Shown: positions 1 to 7,260, numbered from the stretch's first letter. The stretch: 32,000 nucleotides of DNA from Alkalilimnicola ehrlichii MLHE-1 (GCF_000014785.1 NC_008340.1:690001-722000); one strand, 5' to 3'. The notes: generated by a model not told the origin, from the sequence alone. Made by a program: numbers and translations.

Positions 1-1800
1 GGCCGTGGCCTGGAGGCGTTCGAGCTGCCGCCCCATGTGCGCGGCTGGATTACCGATGGCGTAGAGCAGGGCACGCGGTCGGATCGCATATTCCAGTGCG
101 CGAAAGACCTTGTACGTGCTGGTGCCACCGAAGGGGAGGCCGTGGCCATCCTGGCGAACCCTGAGCACGGCATCAGCGACAAGCCGCTTCAGGAGCGCGG
201 CGGAGACATTCAAGGCGCTAGGCAGTGGGTGCAGCGTTACGCCGTCGCGCCTGCCCGCCGTGATGTTGAAGCCGAGCCGGACGAGTTCGACGACGAGACG
301 GGAAGCACTGAGACCGCCGGATGGCCGGAGCCGGTGGACCTGTTTGCATCTCGCCCGGTGCCGCCTTTCCCTGCCCAAGTTATGCCGGAAGCCTGGCAGC
401 GCCACGCGGCTGGCCTCAGTGCGCAAACCGGGTTTGACCCTGGTGGCTACCTGTTCGTGATGCTGGCGCACGCGGGCTGCCTGATGGACCACCGAACGCG
501 GGTGGCCGTTAATTCGAGCTGGCGAGAGCCGCCGCTCCATTGGGCTGCCCTTGTGGATTCCAGCGGCGGAGGTAAAACGCCAATCCTGGGCGCAGCAGGG
601 AAACCTGCGATGAGCATTTACAGCGAGATCAACAAGCGGAGTGCCCGCGAGTTGATGGAATGGCACAAAGCGGCGGACAGCGCCAAGAAGGGCGAGGAAC
701 CGCCCCGCCCGATCTGGAAGCAGCGCAATACCGACGATGGGACCATTGAAGGGATGCGCGATGCCCTGGAGGGCAACCCGGAAGGCGTAACCCTCGCCAT
801 TGATGAGCTGACCGCGTGGCTCGGCTCTATGGATGCCTTCACGAGCGCGAGAGGCGCAGCCAGCAAAGACAGACCGGCTTGGTTGGAAGCGTGGAGCGGC
901 AAGGAGGATCGCGTTATTAACCGAGCCGGGAAGGTGAAGGTTATTCCCCATTGGGCTGCTGGGGTTATCGGCGCTATTCAACCCGAAGTGTTGGCCCAGC
1001 AGTTCAAACGCGGGCATGGCAGCAGTGACGGCATGATGCAGCGTTTCATGCTCTACCAACTGCGCCCCGCCGCCGATGGCGACCTGCTGACCGAGCCGGA
1101 TATGCTGGCGGATGCCAGTGCTCACAACGTGTTCCAAGCCGTTGCCGATCTTGCCGAGGAAGGGCCGCAGCACTACCAGCTAGACCGCGAGGCGGTGGCG
1201 CTGCTACAGGACTACATGCAAGCCATTCGGGTGCTTGCGGCCCGCACGCCGGGAGCACGCTTTGCGGAGCACTTGGGCAAGTTTCCCGCCTTCGCGATCC
1301 GCGTTGCCTTGACGCTCCACGTTGTCCACGCCGTGGCCGCCAAAGAGCGCCCCTACACCGTTATAAGCGCGGAGACGATGGAACGGGCGCTAACCATTAT
1401 GCGCGTGCTCTATCGCCATTCTGAGGCCGTTTATACGGTACTGGATGAGGCCAGCGAGGGAGCCCGCCGCTTGACGGTATCTGCTGCCGAGGCGGTGCTG
1501 GCCAAGGGTTGGATGGTGCTAACCCGTGGCGACTTGACCAGGGATGCCACCGGATGGCGAGGGGCTAACAGTGGCGATGCCGAAGCCGCTACCGATCTGC
1601 TGATTGAGTTCGGATGGTTCGCGGATATTACCGACCAAGCGCAGAGAGGCAAGCGGGGGCGGCGCAGTGATGGCCGGTTCGCTGTTAATCCGCGAGTGCA
1701 TGAGGTGTTTATGCAGCACAGCCAGCGGATCAAAAAGGAGCGGGCCGAGCGGTTCCAAGCGATCCACACGGCGGCCACCGAGAGGCAGGGAATTAGTTGA
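1..1800 (+). CDS. DUF3987 / YfjI-like phage or island replication protein (primase-helicase associated), 5'-partial
   Basis: Frame 1 is open from base 1 (GRGLEAFELPPH precedes the track's GTG at 37), so the gene probably starts outside the window. Product carries WPEPVDLF..PPFP..MPEAW, then SSGGGKTP (P-loop-like) and IDELTAW, which is the DUF3987 pattern. The N-terminal TRSDRIFQCAKDLVRAG..EAVAIL resembles a primase C-terminal (PriCT-like) helix bundle. Confidence 0.75.
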   Translation, partial: GRGLEAFELPPHVRGWITDGVEQGTRSDRIFQCAKDLVRAGATEGEAVAILANPEHGISDKPLQERGGDIQGARQWVQRYAVAPARRDVEAEPDEFDDETGSTETAGWPEPVDLFASRPVPPFPAQVMPEAWQRHAAGLSAQTGFDPGGYLFVMLAHAGCLMDHRTRVAVNSSWREPPLHWAALVDSSGGGKTPILGAAGKPAMSIYSEINKRSARELMEWHKAADSAKKGEEPPRPIWKQRNTDDGTIEGMRDALEGNPEGVTLAIDELTAWLGSMDAFTSARGAASKDRPAWLEAWSGKEDRVINRAGKVKVIPHWAAGVIGAIQPEVLAQQFKRGHGSSDGMMQRFMLYQLRPAADGDLLTEPDMLADASAHNVFQAVADLAEEGPQHYQLDREAVALLQDYMQAIRVLAARTPGARFAEHLGKFPAFAIRVALTLHVVHAVAAKERPYTVISAETMERALTIMRVLYRHSEAVYTVLDEASEGARRLTVSAAEAVLAKGWMVLTRGDLTRDATGWRGANSGDAEAATDLLIEFGWFADITDQAQRGKRGRRSDGRFAVNPRVHEVFMQHSQRIKKERAERFQAIHTAATERQGIS

Positions 1801-1805
1801 AAAAC

Positions 1806-1880
1806 TTGTATGCGCGTGCGCGAGTACAGAGTTTATACAAGCCCCTTTTTTACTTTTCTTACTCGTGTGCGCGCATACAA
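1806..1880 (+). repeat. 21-bp inverted repeat (long hairpin) immediately after the replication gene
   Basis: TTGTATGCGCGTGCGCGAGTA (1806-1826) pairs with TACTCGTGTGCGCGCATACAA (1860-1880). The 3 DNA mismatches all become G:U wobbles if the plus strand is the RNA. The 33-nt loop is T-rich (CCCCTTTTTTACTTTTC). Confidence 0.5.
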
Positions 1881-1960
1881 CTAATTCAACTTATTGGGCA
1901 CCGGCTCCAGCGCCGCCCGGTGGCCTTCAATCACCAGGCGCAATCAGCGAGGTAACGACG

Positions 1961-2083
1961 ATGATTGATGCGGAAGTAGCGGAAGAGATTCACGACGCGC
2001 TCGACCAAGCGGACAGCGCCCTGCGCATTGAGGGCGCGGGGGAGGCGTACAAAACCCGGCAATGGCGGGTGGTGCAAGTCTGA
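1961..2083 (+). CDS. Small hypothetical protein (40 aa, MIDAEVAEEIHDALDQ...)
   Basis: ATG preceded by GAGGTAACGACG, nearly the same leader as the capsid gene (GAGGTAACGAGTT-ATG). It is only the 3' part of track ORF 1604..2083. No family recognised. Confidence 0.3.
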   Translation: MIDAEVAEEIHDALDQADSALRIEGAGEAYKTRQWRVVQV

Positions 2084-2202
2084 GCTAGTGGGGGTTTCGG
2101 GGGTTTCTGGGGTTTCTCACAACGATGGGTTCAAAACTGTCAGTGACAGTTCAGACCTATAGAGCGGAACAAACCCTAGAAACCCCACAAACCCCCACTA
2201 GC
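2084..2202. repeat. 119-bp dyad-symmetric array: three GGGGTTT-type iterons on each arm around a perfect palindrome ACTGTCAGTGACAGT; candidate ori or pac/cos site
   Basis: The left arm GCTAGTGGGGGTTTCGGGGGTTTCTGGGGTTTCT (2084-2117) pairs with the right arm AAACCCTAGAAACCCCACAAACCCCCACTAGC (2171-2202) with about 3 mismatches. The central palindrome at 2136-2150 and the outer arms share the same symmetry centre (2143). Confidence 0.65.
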
Positions 2203-2369
2203 TACCGGACCCGAATATAACCCCGCGAAAATCAGGGGCAATTACCCCGGCCTACCCTCGTCATCATGCGGTTCGACTGACAATCCCTCCACAAAGCCCA
2301 TTGCCATGCGGTTCCTGTAGCGGTATCATTGTCCATATCACACCAAAACACACACCAAATGGGCAGGGC

Positions 2370-2735
2370 ATGGGCACGAAACAGACCGACATTCCGAAGC
2401 AATACCGACCGGGCTGGCTGGAATCGCTGGACGGTCGTTATGGCCTTGCCCGTGAGCTGCGTGCCCGCTTCGATGAAGTCTGTAATGACCTTGGTGGTGC
2501 GGATCGTCTGAGCTACATGCAGCGATCCTTGGTGGAGCGTGGTCTGTGGCTGGAGTACTGGCTGGCCCAACAGGAGCAAGCGCTGTCCAAGGGCGGTGAC
2601 TTCGACGTGGGCAAGTGGGTGCAGGCCGCCAACAGTCTCCAGGGTATCTACTCCCGCCTTGGTCTGGAGCGCCGTCAACGTGACGTTCCAGACCTGGCGC
2701 AATACCTGGCGGCCAAGGCCGGGGAGGCGGGCTAA
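2370..2735 (+). CDS. Phage hypothetical protein (121 aa); position and size are compatible with a small terminase or packaging accessory protein
   Basis: Internal ATG of track ORF 2301..2735 (MGTKQTDIPKQYRPGWLESLDGRYGLAREL...). First gene in a chain coupled by start/stop overlaps leading to the large terminase. Function is inferred from position only. Confidence 0.55.
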   Translation: MGTKQTDIPKQYRPGWLESLDGRYGLARELRARFDEVCNDLGGADRLSYMQRSLVERGLWLEYWLAQQEQALSKGGDFDVGKWVQAANSLQGIYSRLGLERRQRDVPDLAQYLAAKAGEAG

Positions 2736-2971
2736 TGGTCATGTGCGCCGCCTGTAAGCACTTCCCTGGCAACGGCCAACTGTGTCCGAAGGCCAAGCGC
2801 CACGCCACGCACCACCCGCGCAAGTGTGACAAGTTCACCGGCCACCGTCTGAGCTTCGCGGTGCTGCAAGCCCGCTCCCTCGCCACGTTCGCCCGCCGCC
2901 GCCTGACCCCGGCCAGTTACCAGCGGGTATTGCGGGATGCGCACCGTCTGGCGGAAGAGGTGAGGCGATGA
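2735..2971 (+). CDS. Small Cys/His-rich hypothetical phage protein (78 aa)
   Basis: Start overlaps the previous stop (TAATG). Contains CAACKHF..C..HATHH..C, possibly metal-binding. Its stop overlaps the next start (ATGA). Confidence 0.45.
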   Translation: MVMCAACKHFPGNGQLCPKAKRHATHHPRKCDKFTGHRLSFAVLQARSLATFARRRLTPASYQRVLRDAHRLAEEVRR

Positions 2972-3342
2972 GCGCCGCCGCACTCAAGATAGAGCGCGAC
3001 GAAAACGACGTGCGCAAGGACTTCACCCCGTCCGAGAAGGTCGCCATTGCCCAGCGGATTGAGGAGGCTATGGCGGGCCGGGTTGGCAATCCCCAATTCT
3101 GCAACACGTTGCAGAATTGGCAGAAGGCCCCCAAGGGCAACTCCCGAGACATCGCCCAGCGGATTGAGGAGGCGTTGGCGGGGCGTCAGGGTCAGCGGAC
3201 AGACTTAGGCAACACGTTGCACAAGTCATCTCCGCAAGGGAAGACCCGCGACATCGCAGCCGACGCCGTGGGATGGTCTGGCGAGACCTACCGAAAAGCC
3301 AAGGCGGTGGTGGAGTCGGGAGACGGGGAGGCGATGCGATGA
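2968..3342 (+). CDS. ParB-like HTH protein lacking most of the ParB N-terminal domain, with an internal duplication
   Basis: ERDENDVRKDFTPSEKVAIAQRI resembles the ENxxR..L..E.A segment of ParB. The C-terminal GKTRDIAADAVGWSGETYRKAKAVV is HTH-like. ATGA overlaps occur at both ends. Confidence 0.55.
   Translation: MSAAALKIERDENDVRKDFTPSEKVAIAQRIEEAMAGRVGNPQFCNTLQNWQKAPKGNSRDIAQRIEEALAGRQGQRTDLGNTLHKSSPQGKTRDIAADAVGWSGETYRKAKAVVESGDGEAMR
3046..3252 (+). repeat. In-frame tandem duplication (about 105 + 102 nt) inside the ParB-like gene
   Basis: ATTGCCCAGCGGATTGAGGAGGC... (3046) recurs as ATCGCCCAGCGGATTGAGGAGGC... (3151). GCAACACGTTGCA is present in both units. The peptides are IAQRIEEAMAGRVGNPQFCNTLQNWQKAPKGNSRD and IAQRIEEALAGRQGQRTDLGNTLHKSSPQGKTRD. 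Confidence 0.7.
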
Positions 3343-4868
3343 CCAACATTGTCGAAGCCTTCACCGACCCGCAGTTGCTAGGCCAGTCGTTTGGCGAGGA
3401 TACCCGCGAGGCTTGGCGTGCTGTCCTGTCAGGCGCGTTCGCCCTGCCGATGGATGATGACCGCCTTGCCCTGTTTAAGCGGCTGTCAGGCGACCGTGAG
3501 CCGCCTCAGCGGCAGGCGCGGGAGCTATGGGCCATTGCGGGCAGGCGCAGCGATAAGACCCATACCGCAGCCGGCATTGCGGTCTACCTGGCGACCATCG
3601 GGGCGGAGCTGGACGGCACCCTGGCCCGCCTGACCGCTGGCGAGCGTGGTGTGGTTCAGTTGCTTGCGGTGGATCGCCAACAGGCCAAGGTTGCGCTTGG
3701 GTACGTTCGCGGCCTGTTCGCTGATAGCCCGGTCATGTCCAGCCTGGTGGAGAAGGAGAACACCGAGGGCGTTTTGCTCCGCAACGGCGTATCTATTGAG
3801 GTGGCCACCAACAGTCACCGGGCCGTGCGTGGGCGCACTCTGCTGGCGGCCATTCTGGACGAATGCGCCTTCTTCAAGGATGAGGCGACCGCAACCCCCG
3901 ATGTAGAGGTTTACCGCGCCCTGGTGCCTTCTCTGGCGACCACCGGGGGCATGCTTGTCGGCATTTCCAGCCCCTACGCCCGCCGGGGGCTGCTCTACAG
4001 CAAGTGGCGCAAGCACTACGGCAAGCCCGGTGATGTGCTGGTGGTGCAGGGCGGAACACTGGACTTCAACCCCACCCTTGATCCCCGCGTTATCGCGGAG
4101 GCGGAGCAGGATGACCCCGAGGCGGCCAAAGCCGAATGGCATGGGCAATTCCGTGCGGATGTTGAGGGTTTTGTAACACGCGAAGCCGTAGACGCCTGTA
4201 CCGTGCCGGCCCGGATCGAGCTACCGCCGGTGGCTGGCGAGCGGTACACGGCGTTTGTGGACCCGTCTGGCGGCTCCAAGGATGCGTTCACGCTGGCGAT
4301 CGCCCACCAGTCTGATGGTGTGGCCGTGGTCGACGCTATCCGCGCTCAGAAGCCCCCGTTCAGCCCGGAGGCGGTGGTTAAAGAGTTCGCCGGTCTGCTG
4401 AAGGAATACCGGATCAGCAAGGTGGTGGGCGACCGTTACGGCGGTGAGTTTCCGCGCGAGCTGTTCCGAAAACAGGGCATTGCCTACAAGCTATCTGATC
4501 GGCCTAAGTCTGACCTGTATCGTGACATGCTCCCGTTGCTCAATTCTGGGCGCGTGGAGTTGCTGGACAATGGCCGATTGCAAAACGAATTGACGAGCCT
4601 GGAGCGGCGCACCAGCCGCGCCGGGAAAGACTCAATAGACCACCCGCCAAATGGCACCGACGATGTGGTTAACGCGGTGGCCGGGTGTATAATTGAGGCA
4701 GCAAAACCCAAAGCCGTTCCCCGCGTGCGGCGGATGGGTGATTCGATCAGTTCCGGTTCCAATTCTGGTTCCAGCGTTCTGGATCGAATCGCGCAAGGTC
4801 AGAAAGCCAGCGGGAGGTTGGCGAGTACGCGCCGAAGTTTTCTGCGAGATGCAGACGGTTTCGGTTGA
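3339..4868 (+). CDS. Phage terminase large subunit (509 aa)
   Basis: The start ATG overlaps the upstream stop (ATGA), so the track's earlier start at 3273 is unlikely. Walker-A-like GRRSDKTHTAA and Walker-B-like LLAAILDECAF are present, and the C-terminal nuclease-like half has FVDPSGG...DAFTLAIAH and HPPNGTDDVVNAVAG. Confidence 0.85.
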   Translation: MTNIVEAFTDPQLLGQSFGEDTREAWRAVLSGAFALPMDDDRLALFKRLSGDREPPQRQARELWAIAGRRSDKTHTAAGIAVYLATIGAELDGTLARLTAGERGVVQLLAVDRQQAKVALGYVRGLFADSPVMSSLVEKENTEGVLLRNGVSIEVATNSHRAVRGRTLLAAILDECAFFKDEATATPDVEVYRALVPSLATTGGMLVGISSPYARRGLLYSKWRKHYGKPGDVLVVQGGTLDFNPTLDPRVIAEAEQDDPEAAKAEWHGQFRADVEGFVTREAVDACTVPARIELPPVAGERYTAFVDPSGGSKDAFTLAIAHQSDGVAVVDAIRAQKPPFSPEAVVKEFAGLLKEYRISKVVGDRYGGEFPRELFRKQGIAYKLSDRPKSDLYRDMLPLLNSGRVELLDNGRLQNELTSLERRTSRAGKDSIDHPPNGTDDVVNAVAGCIIEAAKPKAVPRVRRMGDSISSGSNSGSSVLDRIAQGQKASGRLASTRRSFLRDADGFG

Positions 4869-4909
4869 TTGATGAAAGCGGGTTTTCACTTCAACCGAGG
4901 TAACGAGTT

Positions 4910-6049
4910 ATGACGCATCAAGTGAAGGAAATGGTCGAGGGCGTGGCCCGAGACTTCGAGGGGTTTAAGTCCCGCCAGGATCAAGCCCTGTCCGACCTGG
5001 GCGAGCGCGTGAAGCGTGCCGAGACCCTGGCCGCCCGCAAGGTGGGCATGACCGTGGACAGCGGCGCAGGCATGGGGCCGGAGACCAAGGCGGTCCGTGA
5101 GTGGCTGCGTGGTGGCGACTTCGACCGCAAGGCCCTGAGCATCGAGGATGACGGCCAAGGCGTGACCGTGCGCAGCGATTGGGCGGATCAGATTTTCAAG
5201 CGCATTCGGGAATCCAGCCCGGTCCGGCAGGTGGCTAATAACCTGTCCACCAATTCCAACGAATTGGAGGTTCTGGTTGACCGTGGTGAACCGGACTCAG
5301 CGTGGGTGGCTGAAAAGGGCGACCGCGATCCGACTGCCGCTAGTTTCATGTCTCGGCATAAGATTGCGGTGCATGAACATTATGCGTATCCGAGCGTAAC
5401 CCAGCAATTCCTGGAGGATAGCCGGCTCGACCTGGAGCAGTGGTTGCAGGACAAGATCGGAACCCGTTTCGGTCGGCAGGAAGCCGAATCCTTTATCAAG
5501 GGTGACGGCAACGGCAAGCCTCGCGGCATTCTGGATTACGACACCGTGCCGGATGGTGATTTCGAGTGGGGCGCTGATCCTGCCGATTACACCATCGGGG
5601 CGATCTATACCGGTGAATCGGGTGACTTCCCGAGCAACAATCCCGATAACGTGCTCTACGATGTTGTGGACGCGCTCAAGTCGGATTACCTGGGCAATGC
5701 ACGGTTCATGATGAGCCGCGCCACGATGAACAAAATTCGGAAGCTGCGGGATGGTGACGACCGTGCCCTGCTCCAGATGAGCCTGGCGGAAGGTCGGCCC
5801 AACACGCTTCTTGGGTTCCCGGTGGTGATTGCCGAGGATATGCCGGACCCGGCTGCCGATTCCGAGTCGATCCTGTTCGGTGACTTCGGCCAGGCTTACA
5901 CCATCGTTGACCGGATCGGAGTAAGCGTGCTGCGTGATCCCTACTCCCTGCCCGGATGGGTCCGCTGGTATGTGCGCAAGCGGATCGGTGGGGCGCTGAC
6001 CAACCCCGAGGCCGTGAAGGCCGTGGTGTTCGGCGCTGAGCCGAGCTGA
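4910..6049 (+). CDS. Phage major capsid protein, HK97 family (379 aa)
   Basis: The product has a charged, coiled-coil-like N-terminal region of about 100 aa. This is followed by a typical HK97-fold core pattern (FGRQEAESFIKGDGNGKPRGIL, YLGNARFMMSRATMNKIRKL, ILFGDFGQAYTIVDRIGVSVLRDPYS). RBS is GAGGTAACGAGTT-ATG. Confidence 0.85.
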   Translation: MTHQVKEMVEGVARDFEGFKSRQDQALSDLGERVKRAETLAARKVGMTVDSGAGMGPETKAVREWLRGGDFDRKALSIEDDGQGVTVRSDWADQIFKRIRESSPVRQVANNLSTNSNELEVLVDRGEPDSAWVAEKGDRDPTAASFMSRHKIAVHEHYAYPSVTQQFLEDSRLDLEQWLQDKIGTRFGRQEAESFIKGDGNGKPRGILDYDTVPDGDFEWGADPADYTIGAIYTGESGDFPSNNPDNVLYDVVDALKSDYLGNARFMMSRATMNKIRKLRDGDDRALLQMSLAEGRPNTLLGFPVVIAEDMPDPAADSESILFGDFGQAYTIVDRIGVSVLRDPYSLPGWVRWYVRKRIGGALTNPEAVKAVVFGAEPS

Positions 6050-6205
6050 TGAACACCGCCCGCTCCCGAGGCGGCAATATCGGGAGAGTTCCCCCCAGCC
6101 ACCGGGGCGGCGCAGGCCGAGAGGGTGGACGCGGCAACGTCCTGGCCGTGTCTCAGAACAAGGGCGGGCGGTATGGTTCCACCGCTGCGAAGAAACGGAC
6201 CCGCG

Positions 6206-6241
6206 CCCCCCGAGCGAGATGCTGCGGGGGGCATCTTTTTG
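6206..6241 (+). terminator. Putative rho-independent terminator downstream of the capsid gene
   Basis: A 7-bp all-G/C stem CCCCCCG (6206-6212) / CGGGGGG (6225-6231) has a 12-nt loop and is followed by CATCTTTTTG. Confidence 0.5.
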
Positions 6242-6256
6242 TATGGAGGTGCAACC

Positions 6257-6538
6257 ATGCTGACAGCCGAGGAACGTCTATGGGTGGCCGCACTGGCCCG
6301 GTATGTACAGGACGCACGCGCTCCCAGTGCCTACGGTGACGAGGGCGAGGCGCTGGCGGACCTGGAGGGCGATGCCGTGATACTGCGCCGCCTGGCGGAG
6401 CTGGCGGGCTATGACCCCGAGGCCACGGTGGTGGCGGTGAGGCGGGAGGTGTTGGGTGGTCCGCCTGAACATCCACCGGCGAAACCTGTCCGCCAGCCAG
6501 AAGGCCGCCATCGCCACCGAAGCGCTTGCCATGTATGA
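6257..6538 (+). CDS. Hypothetical phage protein (93 aa, MLTAEERLWVAALARYVQ...)
   Basis: ATG at 6257 is preceded by GGAGG (6244-6248). It is the internal part of track ORF 6125..6538. No family recognised, and the 3' end overlaps the next ORF in another frame. Confidence 0.4.
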   Translation: MLTAEERLWVAALARYVQDARAPSAYGDEGEALADLEGDAVILRRLAELAGYDPEATVVAVRREVLGGPPEHPPAKPVRQPEGRHRHRSACHV

Positions 6539-6830
6539 GGCGGAGGCGAAGGAGAGGCAGCGGGAGAGCGGAAGGTTTGCGGGTAAGGATGCTGAAGGGA
6601 ACCCGGTTGTTCAGGTTCCGGAAATCTTGCCGGAACCTGAATCCGCACCAACGGCCAACAGCGAACGTGCGGCGGTAGCTGATGAGCCCACGGAACAGCC
6701 CAAGCCGTCCCGCTACGAGCAAGAATCCCGCGCCAAGGCCGCCGCAGACTTCGGCACCAATCCGCGCTATGTGTCGGATGCGAAGCGGCCTGAGAACAAC
6801 GCGGCCACCATCTCCAGGTTGTCGAGATAG
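6456..6830 (+). CDS. Second ParB-like HTH-only ORF, possibly a truncated remnant
   Basis: LNIHRRNLSASQKAAIATEAL and ESRAKAAADFGTNPRYVSDAKR match the post-N-domain and HTH parts of ParB-like proteins. The frame only opens at 6441 (TGA at 6438-6440), so the N-terminal ParB/Srx domain is absent. The tail overlaps a convergent small ORF. Confidence 0.4.
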   Translation: MVRLNIHRRNLSASQKAAIATEALAMYEAEAKERQRESGRFAGKDAEGNPVVQVPEILPEPESAPTANSERAAVADEPTEQPKPSRYEQESRAKAAADFGTNPRYVSDAKRPENNAATISRLSR

Positions 6831-6916
6831 CGCTGATAGTCTGCGCGGGCTTGCTCGGTATCCGGGTTGTATCCGTAGTGCTGGCACCAGCGGACGAAGT
6901 CGGTGGGATTGTTCAT
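6767..6916 (-). CDS. Small hypothetical protein (49 aa, MNNPTDFVRWCQHYGYNPDTEQARADYQRYLDNLEMVAALFSGRFASDT); not in the ORF track
   Basis: Found by hand translation of the minus strand. ATG at 6916-6914 is preceded by AGGAG with a 7-nt spacer. It is the only minus-strand ORF in the phage block, and its 3' 64 nt overlap the end of 6456..6830. Confidence 0.35.
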   Translation of the reverse strand: MNNPTDFVRWCQHYGYNPDTEQARADYQRYLDNLEMVAALFSGRFASDT

Positions 6917-6959
6917 GGCCTTGCTCCTATTCGTAGTGGATGAACAGGGAAGGCGGAGT

Positions 6960-7026
6960 ATCAGGCGCTTTCAGGTTGGATGGCCGGGTGGTGTGATGCC
7001 CGTTTTTCCGTCTGTAAGCGCCTGAT
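6960..7026. repeat. Perfect 11-bp inverted repeat between the phage block and the tRNA 3' end
   Basis: ATCAGGCGCTT (6960-6970) pairs with AAGCGCCTGAT (7016-7026) across a 45-nt spacer. On the plus strand the right arm is followed by TTTTC. Confidence 0.5.
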
Positions 7027-7039
7027 TTTCCTAGGTAGG

Positions 7040-7115
7040 TGGTGGAGCCGAGGGGAGTCGAACCCCTGACCTCAGCAGTGCGATTGCTGCGCTCTCCCAA
7101 CTGAGCTACGGCCCC
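7040..7115 (-). tRNA. tRNA-Ala (anticodon CGC), 76 nt with encoded CCA
   Basis: The reverse complement reads GGGGCCGTAGCTCAGTTGGGAGAGCGCAGCAATCGCACTGCTGAGGTCAGGGGTTCGACTCCCCTCGGCTCCACCA. The 7-bp acceptor stem has G3:U70, the alanine identity pair. The D stem is GCTC/GAGC. The anticodon stem CAGCA/TGCTG carries loop AUCGCAC. The T arm is AGGGG-TTCGACT-CCCCT. Confidence 0.93.
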
Positions 7116-7260
7116 GGTGCAGCGCAAATCCTACCACCGCTGGCGTTAAGATAAAAGGGCGCCCATATGGGTGCGGCCGAATCGCGCCAGTAGCGCGGGG
7201 CGCGGCCCGTGCGCCGGTCGTGTTCGGCGTCCTCGTGAGCCTCGGACTGTGGTGCGGGCA

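Larger units (their letters stand above)
1..6930. mobile_element. Prophage or phage-satellite-like remnant abutting the 3' end of tRNA-Ala; left end lies outside the window
   Basis: Contiguous plus-strand phage-type genes (DUF3987 replication protein, large terminase, HK97-type capsid) with ori-like repeats. G+C and codon choice are visibly lower than in 7.2-32 kb, and the block ends about 110 nt from the tRNA 3' end. No integrase or second att copy is seen in the window. Confidence 0.6.

Noticed and set aside
6153-6887. 244-aa minus-strand ORF across the end of the phage block
   Set aside because: It has Pro/Arg/Gly-rich low-complexity composition, no RBS, and overlaps several plus-strand ORFs. 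Only its extreme upstream neighbourhood (the separate 49-aa ORF, in a different frame) has a credible start.
6917-7170. Integrase gene or duplicated att core next to the tRNA
   Set aside because: No ORF with integrase features is present on either side of the tRNA. I could not find a second copy of the tRNA 3' end within the window. The question has to be settled on the sequence to the left of this window.
7151-7178. Terminator for the T6SS module (minus strand GGCCGCACCCATATGGGCGCCCTTTTAT)
   Set aside because: The stem is only 3 + 2 bp with a mismatch. The T-tract is suggestive in this G+C-rich context, but the hairpin is too weak to call.
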